DNA of 32,397 nucleotides, taken from sequence record SRR22947727_962, one strand, 5' to 3'. The notes below the pieces were generated by a model. It saw nothing but the letters and a program-made list of their open reading frames with translations, was not told where the DNA came from and searched no databases. A program made the position numbers and the translations under genes. Below are positions 19,000 to 26,874 of this stretch, piece after piece. Each line of letters opens with the position of its first letter. Position 1 is the first letter of the stretch.

Positions 19000-20019
19000 T
19001 TAGACCACTGTCAGCCAACCAAATTGATCTTCTGCGTCTCCCACTTGGATCGCGGTGAGCGCTTCGCGGATGCGTTTGGTGTTTTTACCAACCGCGCCGC
19101 CTTCTCCTCCAGCATAAAATTCTTTGCCGTTGCGGATGAAGGTTCCGACGCCTGCCAAAACTGCCGCTGTTCCGGAAAGTGCTGCTTCTCCGCCGTCAGC
19201 GATCCATGAAATGATTTCATCTGCGTGGAAGTCGCGCTCAGTGACTCGGTAGCCGAGGCTTTTTGCGAGAGTCAAAACTGAGTCGCGAGTCACGCCGTGA
19301 AGGAACGTGTCGTTGAGCGGTTTGGTGATTAATTCCTCGTCATTCAACAGCATGAAATTTGAAGCACCCGTTTCCTGAACATCGCCGCCCGGGCAGAACA
19401 AAACCTGATCGGCTTGATATTCAGTTCGCGCACCAATGACTTGTTTCAGAGCTGCCGCATAATTGCCGCCCGTTTTGGCCGAACCAAATCCGGGAACTGC
19501 GCGCATTCCGTCTTCCTTGATCAAAATACGAAGCGCTTTGTCGCCTGAAAAATACGCACCGACAGGGGATGTCAGCATGAAAAAGCACGCCTCAGAAGAA
19601 CCTGTTCCTGCTGCGCCGATGTTCGCCTCAGTGCCGATGATCGCCGGACGAATATATAAAGTTCCCGGCGCGTCCGGAATGCTCTCGCGGTTTTCAGCAA
19701 CGAGATCGCACACGATTTTCTTGAGAAATTCCTCACCGGGAAATGGCAAAAAAAGCAGCTCTGTACTACGCTTCATGCGGGCTGCGTGTTTGTTTAAACG
19801 AAAAATTTGGGCGCCGCCTTCCATGGTGCGGTATGCCTTCATTCCTTCAAAGCACTCGCTGCCGTAGTGCAAAACGTGTGACGCCGGGTGGAGCGAAAGG
19901 TTCTGCACCGGCCCAATTTCTGCACTGCTCCACTCTCCGTTTTTAAAATAGGCAGTCGCCATGTTTTCGGAAAACTCAGTTCCAAAAGGCTTCGACGGTT
20001 TCGGGGCAGGATCACTCAT
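19000..20019 (-). CDS. ilvE: Branched-chain amino acid aminotransferase
   Basis: 'LHYGSECFEGMKAY', 'LYIRP', 'AKTGGNY', 'LHGVTRDS', 'GTAA'. Confidence 0.95.
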   Translation of the reverse strand: MSDPAPKPSKPFGTEFSENMATAYFKNGEWSSAEIGPVQNLSLHPASHVLHYGSECFEGMKAYRTMEGGAQIFRLNKHAARMKRSTELLFLPFPGEEFLKKIVCDLVAENRESIPDAPGTLYIRPAIIGTEANIGAAGTGSSEACFFMLTSPVGAYFSGDKALRILIKEDGMRAVPGFGSAKTGGNYAAALKQVIGARTEYQADQVLFCPGGDVQETGASNFMLLNDEELITKPLNDTFLHGVTRDSVLTLAKSLGYRVTERDFHADEIISWIADGGEAALSGTAAVLAGVGTFIRNGKEFYAGGEGGAVGKNTKRIREALTAIQVGDAEDQFGWLTVV

Positions 20020-20035
20020 TCGTTACAGGTTTCTA

Positions 20036-20078
20036 CGAACCAACAGGGTCTATTAGACGAACCAACCCTATTGATTCG
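20036..20078. repeat. 22-bp-unit dispersed repeat, locus C (inverted pair)
   Basis: Plus-strand core CGAACCAACAGGGT (20036-49) and minus-strand core CGAATCAATAGGGT (20078-65) with tail TGGTTCGT. Confidence 0.85.
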
Positions 20079-20132
20079 GGCGACTCTCGCTGAAGTCCGC
20101 GCAATCGTCAAAGGCCAAACAAAGGCGGTGCG

Positions 20133-20837
20133 TTAAGATTCAGAAGCACCTCGCGCGGCGACTTCGTTGTTGGACAGATTTTCGTCCAATACCTCCCGCA
20201 GGCGGAACCGGGCATCATACCGGCCCTGTGCTTGGCTTTTGCAACACGCATAGCATGCCACAGGTCGACGGAATTTCCGAACGCGGGGAACTTCTGAATT
20301 ACAAGAAGGACACTCGTAGAGAAATTTTCGCTTCACTTGCCGGGGCTGAAACGGTAGCGAGTGACAACGGGATTCGTCAGGGATTCCCAAATCACAACAG
20401 GCTTGATGCCATTCATGACCGTGCGGCTGAATGCGACGTCCTTTTGCACGAACATGAGCTACGAGGTGAGCCAGTTCGTGACGCAATGTGCGATCCATTT
20501 CGCCAGGACCGTCAATCCCCGGTAAATCTAAAAGCGATGGATTCAGTTCAATTCGGCAATCGCGATAATGCGCCCGCCCTGCAGCCGTTCGCATACGCTG
20601 ATTCCAGATCACGTTGACGCGACGTGCTAGCTTTGTCAGGCCAAGACCGTTTGCGAACTCGCGGCATTGTTCGGTCAACTCCTGTTCCGTTGGGGCAACG
20701 AAGGGTTCGTCAAGAGTGATGGAAGGCGACACAGGAGCTGCGGCTCGCTGTGTGAACGGCGAGAGGTTGCGATCAGAAGAAGGCTGATCTTTGAGCGGGA
20801 AAAGCTCGAGTTGGTGTGGGTGTCCGTAATCCGCCAT
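20133..20837 (-). CDS. SprT-like zinc metalloprotease with Zn ribbon
   Basis: 'WNQRMRTAAGRA', 'IELNP', 'TLRHELAH', 'PHGHEW', 'YECPSC...CYAC'. Confidence 0.92.
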   Translation of the reverse strand: MADYGHPHQLELFPLKDQPSSDRNLSPFTQRAAAPVSPSITLDEPFVAPTEQELTEQCREFANGLGLTKLARRVNVIWNQRMRTAAGRAHYRDCRIELNPSLLDLPGIDGPGEMDRTLRHELAHLVAHVRAKGRRIQPHGHEWHQACCDLGIPDESRCHSLPFQPRQVKRKFLYECPSCNSEVPRVRKFRRPVACYACCKSQAQGRYDARFRLREVLDENLSNNEVAARGASES

Positions 20838-21023
20838 AGCGAAAAGAGAGAGCAGAATGGGTTGATTCTAATTACTAGAACTACAAAAATAACAGGAACT
20901 CAAGAAAAAGGTTAAGATTTCTTAAGTAATTTTGGACTTTCTATATTCCGTCTATTTCCGCCAAACGGTTCTATCGAGTGAAGAGTCAGACGATTCGAAT
21001 TCTAATCATGGAGAATTTTCGGC

Positions 21024-21055
21024 AGTTGGAAAGCAATTTTCCTTCCAACTTTTTT
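21024..21055 (+). terminator. Terminator-like hairpin upstream of the PcfJ-like gene
   Basis: AGTTGGAA(21024-31)...TTCCAACT(21043-50) followed by TTTTT. Confidence 0.55.
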
Positions 21056-21061
21056 AGAAAT

Positions 21062-21070
21062 TTATCCACA
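21062..21070 (+). promoter_or_regulatory. Single consensus DnaA box
   Basis: TTATCCACA exact match; only one copy, so chance is not excluded. Confidence 0.3.
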
Positions 21071-21110
21071 ATCGTTTCAATCAATCTCCGGCTCGTTGGG
21101 AATTGATATT

Positions 21111-22457
21111 ATGGACAGTTTTGAAATCGACTTTACGTTGCGGTCTTGCGGAAAGAGAAAAGAGTGGAGATCGCCCATGCCGTTCGACCCTCCAGCTATT
21201 CCGGGATTTCAATTTTCCGGTGGAAAACTCCGTATCATTTCGCCGGAATCGGAAATGATTGTCACTGGATGGCCTGAGCCAAATGCCATTCGTAAAACGA
21301 CGAGACGACTGGGTTGGTATTCGTTTACTCCGGAGTTCAGATTGGTCCGCCCCTATCGCTCCAGTCGCGCTCGAAAGACTGCTGCACATGCCTCACAGCC
21401 GACTTCACAGCTTGATTTTAATTTTTTGGAGACGGCAGATTCACCAAAGCCATCCAGTTTACTTCCACTTGCAAAGCAGCGGAAAAAAGCGTTCGACAGC
21501 TTTCGTTTTTCTTTGCCAAAACCGGTCGCGGCAAGTTTGGAACCGTTCGTGAGTCATCAGTGGCCGCTCTTGAATTTACTGCGATACGATGAGTCTGCAC
21601 TGGAACTAGCAGGACAAAATCCGGCCCTCGCCTTTCTCCTCGCGCAGCGGATGAATGGCGACCGCGAACTCATTCGGACATTGAATTGTGGTTCGATGCG
21701 GCAGCGGGATATTCTTGATTCATTGGGGCTTCCGTCATCGCCAAGCGCCGTGAAATTGTTTCGGAAAATCAAACCGACTTCCATCAATGGTGATAATTCT
21801 GGCGTGCTGATCGCGACGATTCGAGCCGAGTTGGGACGGCAGAAGCCACGCCTTGCTCATCTCGAATCAATCAACGCCGTCGTGCTCGAAATTCTAAATC
21901 ACCCGCAGGCGTCCGGCGCGGCTTCGCAAACGTTGCTGGCAGAGGTGGCGAACGATCCCAGTGAAAATCATCGCGCCCGAATTGTCCATCTCATCACAAA
22001 TACGTTGCGGATGAATTTCGAGCTTCATCCGCATCACGAAACGCCGTCGTTCCCGAATATTCGGAGGCTTCGTCAGATCCACGATCAGCTGGCGGAAAAT
22101 TATCGACGCCGGTGGCGGCAGTTGAACGAGGTGAGAAAAGTGGATTCCCGTCGATTTGAGATGCCACCTCTCACTGGAATTCCCGGAAAAATCGAACCGA
22201 TCACCAGTCCCGAAGCGTTGGTCGAAGAAGGCGAGGAACAAGGCAATTGCGTGGCTAGTTACGTTGGAAAAGTCGAACGTGGAGAAACGTTTATCTATAA
22301 AGTGTTAGAGCCTTCCCGGAGCACGTTGTCCATCGTGAAAAATCCCGATGGTTACTGGAGAATTGGCGAGCTGGAAGGCAAATTTAATACAGAAGTTTGC
22401 TCGTGGACCGAGGATTTCGTTGAAGCATGGCTCGAACGGTATCGTATTTCGGTGTAG
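21111..22457 (+). CDS. PcfJ-like domain protein
   Basis: C-terminal 'LRQIHDQL...IEPITSPEALVEEGEEQGNCVASYVGKV...RSTLSI...ELEGKFN'. Start uncertain (21096, 21111 or 21177). Confidence 0.8.
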   Translation: MDSFEIDFTLRSCGKRKEWRSPMPFDPPAIPGFQFSGGKLRIISPESEMIVTGWPEPNAIRKTTRRLGWYSFTPEFRLVRPYRSSRARKTAAHASQPTSQLDFNFLETADSPKPSSLLPLAKQRKKAFDSFRFSLPKPVAASLEPFVSHQWPLLNLLRYDESALELAGQNPALAFLLAQRMNGDRELIRTLNCGSMRQRDILDSLGLPSSPSAVKLFRKIKPTSINGDNSGVLIATIRAELGRQKPRLAHLESINAVVLEILNHPQASGAASQTLLAEVANDPSENHRARIVHLITNTLRMNFELHPHHETPSFPNIRRLRQIHDQLAENYRRRWRQLNEVRKVDSRRFEMPPLTGIPGKIEPITSPEALVEEGEEQGNCVASYVGKVERGETFIYKVLEPSRSTLSIVKNPDGYWRIGELEGKFNTEVCSWTEDFVEAWLERYRISV

Positions 22458-22490
22458 GTTGCGGACTTCGCATTTTTTGCCTGCCCGCTC

Positions 22491-23306
22491 ATGTCGATTT
22501 CTCACGATATTTCTCTCATTCTGGTTCTCGTTGTCAGTGTGCTCGCATTCGCTATTGGTTTGTTAGTGGGAAAAGGGGCTCCCAAATGGATCAAGGCGGG
22601 AATGGCAATCGCCACGCTTTTAATTGTGCTTCGGTTCACTTTGTTGCGGAATCCACAGATCGAATATCATCTTTTTGAAGGTGATTGGTACTCTGTGGTT
22701 CGGCCGTGGTGGGGGTTTCCTCCCGCGATGTTTTTGACCGGAGCGGCCATTTTTCAGGTGAAACGTTTTAGTGTTCGCGTCTTGGCGAAAGCAGCCGCAG
22801 CCATCGTTTTTTACGTCGCAACGCGGACAGTCGTCGCGTCCTTGATGATAGATCATTCCGAGCGAATGGAGAATTTTCCTGATCCGAACACCGGATTGGT
22901 TGCCCAGAAAACGCTTTATTCCTGCGGAGCAGCCTGCGCTGCAATGCTGCTCCATTTCGAAGGCATTCAAGCGAGCGAGGGAGAAATGGCGACGATTTGC
23001 CGGACCAACGCAGCTACCGCAACGGACGAATTCAATGTTCGGCGGGGGCTTCGGGAAAAGTTGGCGGGAACCGGGAAAAACGTGGTCATCGAACATCTCG
23101 ATTTTGAGTCCCTTTTAAAAATGCCGAATCGACCATTCATGGCGGTGATTGAATTTCAGCATCTACTTGATCACTGGGTCGTGGTAGAATCGATTTCCGA
23201 TGACCAGAAAACGTTCCGCATACTCGACCCCAAAGGGACCATCATCGAATACACTAAGGCGAATTTTAAGGCGATTTGGAAAAACCGAATTCTGTTTATT
23301 GAGTGA
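22491..23306 (+). CDS. Membrane protein (about 4 TM) with C39-family cysteine peptidase domain
   Basis: Hydrophobic N-terminal half; 'QKTLYSCGAACAAMLL', 'HWVVV', 'ILDP', 'FKAIW'. Confidence 0.88.
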   Translation: MSISHDISLILVLVVSVLAFAIGLLVGKGAPKWIKAGMAIATLLIVLRFTLLRNPQIEYHLFEGDWYSVVRPWWGFPPAMFLTGAAIFQVKRFSVRVLAKAAAAIVFYVATRTVVASLMIDHSERMENFPDPNTGLVAQKTLYSCGAACAAMLLHFEGIQASEGEMATICRTNAATATDEFNVRRGLREKLAGTGKNVVIEHLDFESLLKMPNRPFMAVIEFQHLLDHWVVVESISDDQKTFRILDPKGTIIEYTKANFKAIWKNRILFIE

Positions 23307-23307
23307 T

Positions 23308-24393
23308 GTGCTGAAAATGGCCACGCTGGTTTTCATCGCATCCGCTACTTTTTCACAAAGCCCCGACTACGGTTCTGAAAGAGTCGCTTACTTGCAGACC
23401 GACCACTTTGAAAAACCACTTCACGTCTGGTTGCCGGAGAACTACGAGATTACCAAAAAATGGCCAGTGATGTGCTACTACCACGGCACCAGCGGCGAGC
23501 CGACGATCGAATACATGCGGATGTACACCGGCGGTAAGGACTGGGTTCTCATCGGGATGACCTATTTAAAAACCGGTCAGTTTCAGCATTCTGAAGAAAA
23601 TCTCGCTGCTGAACGGAAAATTCTCGATGAAGTACTGGCGACCGTGTCCCGAGACGTTTCGATTGATCTGAATCGAATTTTTGTTTCCGGCTTTAGCAAA
23701 GGTGGCTGGGTCGCGGGGCTTTTTCTACAGACAGACACCAAGCTTGCGGGCGGGATGATTCTGGGAGCGGGAACATTCACCGAAGGCATCGCACAGCATC
23801 CCAAAAAGATTTATATCGGAATCGGAGAGACGGATCCCAATTTAGCGATGAGTTTTCGAGCGCTTCGCGAATTTTCGGCCAACAAAGCGACGGAGATCAC
23901 CCACGAAATCTGGCCCGGAATTGGCCATCGTTTTCCGTTGGATAAGATTGAGCCGTCATCTGAGCCCATGAAACAGTGGCTTCGCGTGCAAGCTGGCGTG
24001 GCGGATCAGGAAGAGGCGATTGGATGGATGGAGCCGGCTCTGACGGCGATTCAAAAAAACGAAGACAAAACGGCTTTTGAAAAACTGGAATTGATTCAGC
24101 GAATGAAGGCCTCACCACTTGCAAAACTGCTTGATGCTGAGGGGACCGATGCCCTTGCCGAGGTGGAAGCCAAACTATTGTCAGATCCAAAAGCCCAAAC
24201 AGAACAGCAGGCAAAAACTGCATTTTTTAAAGTGATCGCCTACGAATCAAGAGATCGCTACGTCACCACGCTGGCCGAATGTGCAGCGCAGTATTCGAAA
24301 ATTGTTACGGCATTTCCCGATACGGAATATGCCCGTCAGTCAACCGTGGCGATGGAACGAATTTCGCAAACTCTGGGGGGTGCCACAAAATGA
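23308..24393 (+). CDS. Exported alpha/beta hydrolase (esterase/peptidase-like) with helical C-terminal tail
   Basis: 'WPVMCYYHGT', 'IDLNRIFVSGFSKGG', 'GETD', 'GIGH'. Start probably 23299, 23308 or 23317 rather than 23200. Confidence 0.8.
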   Translation: MLKMATLVFIASATFSQSPDYGSERVAYLQTDHFEKPLHVWLPENYEITKKWPVMCYYHGTSGEPTIEYMRMYTGGKDWVLIGMTYLKTGQFQHSEENLAAERKILDEVLATVSRDVSIDLNRIFVSGFSKGGWVAGLFLQTDTKLAGGMILGAGTFTEGIAQHPKKIYIGIGETDPNLAMSFRALREFSANKATEITHEIWPGIGHRFPLDKIEPSSEPMKQWLRVQAGVADQEEAIGWMEPALTAIQKNEDKTAFEKLELIQRMKASPLAKLLDAEGTDALAEVEAKLLSDPKAQTEQQAKTAFFKVIAYESRDRYVTTLAECAAQYSKIVTAFPDTEYARQSTVAMERISQTLGGATK

Positions 24394-24445
24394 CTTTTCG
24401 GGGGTGCTTCGAGTTGCGTTTGATGATACTTTCCGCTCCGAATTT

Positions 24446-25354
24446 ATGAGGCAGCTGCAATTTATTTTTAACATGCTCGCGATTGTCGCGATGCCGTGCG
24501 TTTCTCCTCTCAGTCATGCGCAGGATAAACCGACCGTGCCCGAGTCGATTTCAGAAAAATCGATGAAGGGAGAGCTGGAGGCCGTCTTCAATTCGTGGCG
24601 TAAAGCTTCCCTCACAAAAAATGCGGTGGATTGGCTTCGGGTAACGTCCAAATCGCGTCAAATTGACGTTAAGAACGAAATTATTTCTCAGAAACTCGAA
24701 TTTCCCGATGCGCTTTTCGAGGTTCCGTTTTCCGCCCCGAGTTTGGAGAACATGCAACTGCTCGATATCTTTACCCGACGGGAAACCTCGAATTCGATTT
24801 ATTTTGGAAAGGCGGATTTCAGGGTCGGTGATCCGGCTCAGGTCAAAGACAACTTGATCGTTCTTTGCTATTTGAAAGAAGAAGGCCGCTGGCGGTTCGA
24901 CAAATTGCGCATCGTGAAAATCCCGCCTGAGTCTGACATCATGGGCAAGCTTCGGCTCAGTGATTTTTCGTTTCTGAAAGGCCCTGAATTTCAGCCCCCA
25001 CCGCAGCTCCCTGATCTCCCACAACCCGTTGGTCGCCCTGATTATATTGCTGAAATCTGGATCAACTCAGTTGGCTACGAAACGACAATCGAAGTCAACG
25101 GTCGGGAAACCGGAACCATCGTCAATGCCCGCGCCAAAGAACTGGTCATCGGCGGTCTTAATAAAGGAAGAAATACGGTTTTGGTGAAAACGAAGAAAAT
25201 CGAGAACATTAAATTAGGGGTTCCTGATCGAGTGGAAATCGCGATTTATGCCGTCAAATCGATACAGGACAAACCGGTTCGAGTTTTCCATTTCCTGCCC
25301 GATCCGACCGACATTCCTGAAGAGAAATCATTGAGCTTTGGCGTGTCACATTGA
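24446..25354 (+). CDS. Exported hypothetical protein
   Basis: ATG 24446; signal peptide ending 'SHA-QD'; NTF2-like-looking N domain ('YLKEEGRWRF'), Pro-rich linker, beta-sandwich-like C domain. Confidence 0.7.
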   Translation: MRQLQFIFNMLAIVAMPCVSPLSHAQDKPTVPESISEKSMKGELEAVFNSWRKASLTKNAVDWLRVTSKSRQIDVKNEIISQKLEFPDALFEVPFSAPSLENMQLLDIFTRRETSNSIYFGKADFRVGDPAQVKDNLIVLCYLKEEGRWRFDKLRIVKIPPESDIMGKLRLSDFSFLKGPEFQPPPQLPDLPQPVGRPDYIAEIWINSVGYETTIEVNGRETGTIVNARAKELVIGGLNKGRNTVLVKTKKIENIKLGVPDRVEIAIYAVKSIQDKPVRVFHFLPDPTDIPEEKSLSFGVSH

Positions 25355-25376
25355 TCAACATAAGATCTCTGTTTCT

Positions 25377-25398
25377 CGATCCAACAGGGTCTGTTCGA
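25377..25398 (+). repeat. 22-bp-unit dispersed repeat, locus D (1 unit plus a degenerate second)
   Basis: CGATCCAACAGGGT-CTGTTCGA, then degenerate CGAAATGATAGTATTCGA. Confidence 0.75.
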
Positions 25399-25463
25399 CG
25401 AAATGATAGTATTCGATCGAAAAAAAGGTTTCCCCATCCAAGGCATTGTCTATTCTGATCTCT

Positions 25464-26003
25464 GTGAACGAAGCAACCAAACAGCCGACGAATCTGATTT
25501 TGATCGGATTTATGGGCACTGGAAAATCGACCATTGGGAAATTGTCTGCCCGCAGCCTCGGATTTAAATACGTTGATACCGACGATGTTATTGTTGAGCT
25601 GGCCGGCAAATCGATTCCGGAAATCTTCGCCGAACATGGGGAAAAACGATTTCGTGAATTCGAGGTAGAGGCCCTGAAATTGTGCGCTGAAAACGAGCAT
25701 CAAGTTATCGCGACAGGCGGTGGCATTGTCACAACCGAAGAGAATCGTGCGCTGCTGAAAAAAGCCGGCTACGTTATTTGGCTTTCGGCAGAACCGGAAG
25801 CAATTTATGATCGCGTGAGTCGAAATCACAATCGACCATTGCTTAAAACCGAGGATCCGCTGGCGACTATCCGCGAACTCCTGGCGCAGCGGAAGGGCTT
25901 TTACGAAGAAACCGCCCAAATGGAAATTGCGACGACTGATTTAACTGTCGACGAAATTGTCCACGGAGTCACTGACTGCGCGCGAATCGCGTTTTCAGCT
26001 TAA
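25464..26003 (+). CDS. aroK: Shikimate kinase
   Basis: 'LIGFMGTGKSTIG', 'FREFE', 'IATGGG', 'RPLL'; GTG 25464 or TTG 25446 start. Confidence 0.96.
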   Translation: MNEATKQPTNLILIGFMGTGKSTIGKLSARSLGFKYVDTDDVIVELAGKSIPEIFAEHGEKRFREFEVEALKLCAENEHQVIATGGGIVTTEENRALLKKAGYVIWLSAEPEAIYDRVSRNHNRPLLKTEDPLATIRELLAQRKGFYEETAQMEIATTDLTVDEIVHGVTDCARIAFSA

Positions 26004-26575
26004 AACGGGATATCTTCTTCCTCGTTTCCGCTCGGAGCGGCATTGCCACCGCCGCCACCCGGGTTTTGCTGTGGGGGTGGGGAGTATTGCTGCTGCTGAG
26101 GGGGAGCGGCTTGTTGAGGGGGGGCCTGTTGCTGCTGTGGTGGTTGAGAATATTGCTGTTGTTGCTCAGGTGGGGGCGAATATTGTTGTTGCTGCTGTGG
26201 TGGAGCCTGCTGGTGACCACCTCCGCCGCCTCCCTGATCATCACGACCACCAAGGAACTGAAAATTCTCGCCAACGACCTTCATTTTAGAGCGTTTCTGG
26301 CCCGTTTGCTTGTCGTCCCATGAATCCATTTGCAGACGTCCTTCAATATAAATAGGGCGTCCTTTTTTCATGTATTGGGCTACCAACTCGGCGCTCTTGC
26401 CCCACAGAGTCACATCGATAAAAGTGACATCTTCACGCCGCTCACCGCTATCCAGTGTGTAGGAGCGATTACAGGCAAGCCCAATGTCGGTAACGGCTGT
26501 TCCCTTCGGGGTGTAACGAACTTCGGGGTCTCGCGTGAGATTCCCGATCAGCATGACTTTATTCAGACTCGGCAT
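26000..26575 (-). CDS. ssb: Single-stranded DNA-binding protein
   Basis: 'LNKVMLIGNLTRDPEVRYTP', 'IEGRLQ', G/Q/P-rich linker, C-terminal 'EEEDIPF'. Confidence 0.97.
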   Translation of the reverse strand: MPSLNKVMLIGNLTRDPEVRYTPKGTAVTDIGLACNRSYTLDSGERREDVTFIDVTLWGKSAELVAQYMKKGRPIYIEGRLQMDSWDDKQTGQKRSKMKVVGENFQFLGGRDDQGGGGGGHQQAPPQQQQQYSPPPEQQQQYSQPPQQQQAPPQQAAPPQQQQYSPPPQQNPGGGGGNAAPSGNEEEDIPF

Positions 26576-26776
26576 GATTTGATAATAAAACGGAGAATCC
26601 GAATTGGCGACTATTTCTTTCACTTGATTCCGCATTTCGGGAATCGTGACAATCGGGAAGCCTTCATTATAGAACGCCCCCGAACTTTAAAATGGATTTT
26701 AAAGGAATACCGTGATAGTTGTGGAAGAATCAGTCGCGAGTGTTTCCCTGCACTCTTTTTTCGCGATTTATACTCA

Positions 26777-26787
26777 CCCCCCCCCCC
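26777..26787. repeat. C11 homopolymer
   Basis: Eleven consecutive C followed by TCCC, in the ssb/AP2 intergenic region. Confidence 0.9.
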
Positions 26788-26810
26788 TCCCAAAAAGAAA
26801 TTGCAAATTA

Positions 26811-26844
26811 CGGAGAGGGCGGAGAGGGCGGAGAGGGCGGAGAG
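26811..26844 (+). repeat. 9-bp tandem repeat (CGGAGAGGG)x3 + CGGAGAG
   Basis: Read directly from the sequence. Confidence 0.95.
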
Positions 26845-26874
26845 TCTTGATGAAATTTAGACTTTGTGCCCTTG

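Noticed and set aside
20838-21110. Replication origin (AT-rich spacer with DnaA box)
   Set aside because: Only one clear box, and no dnaA, dnaN or gidA context.
25391-25404. TGTTC-GAC-GAAAT at repeat junctions as a Verrucomicrobia LexA box (TGTTC-N4-GAACA)
   Set aside because: The spacer is 3 nt, the right arm mismatches, and the flanking genes are not SOS genes.
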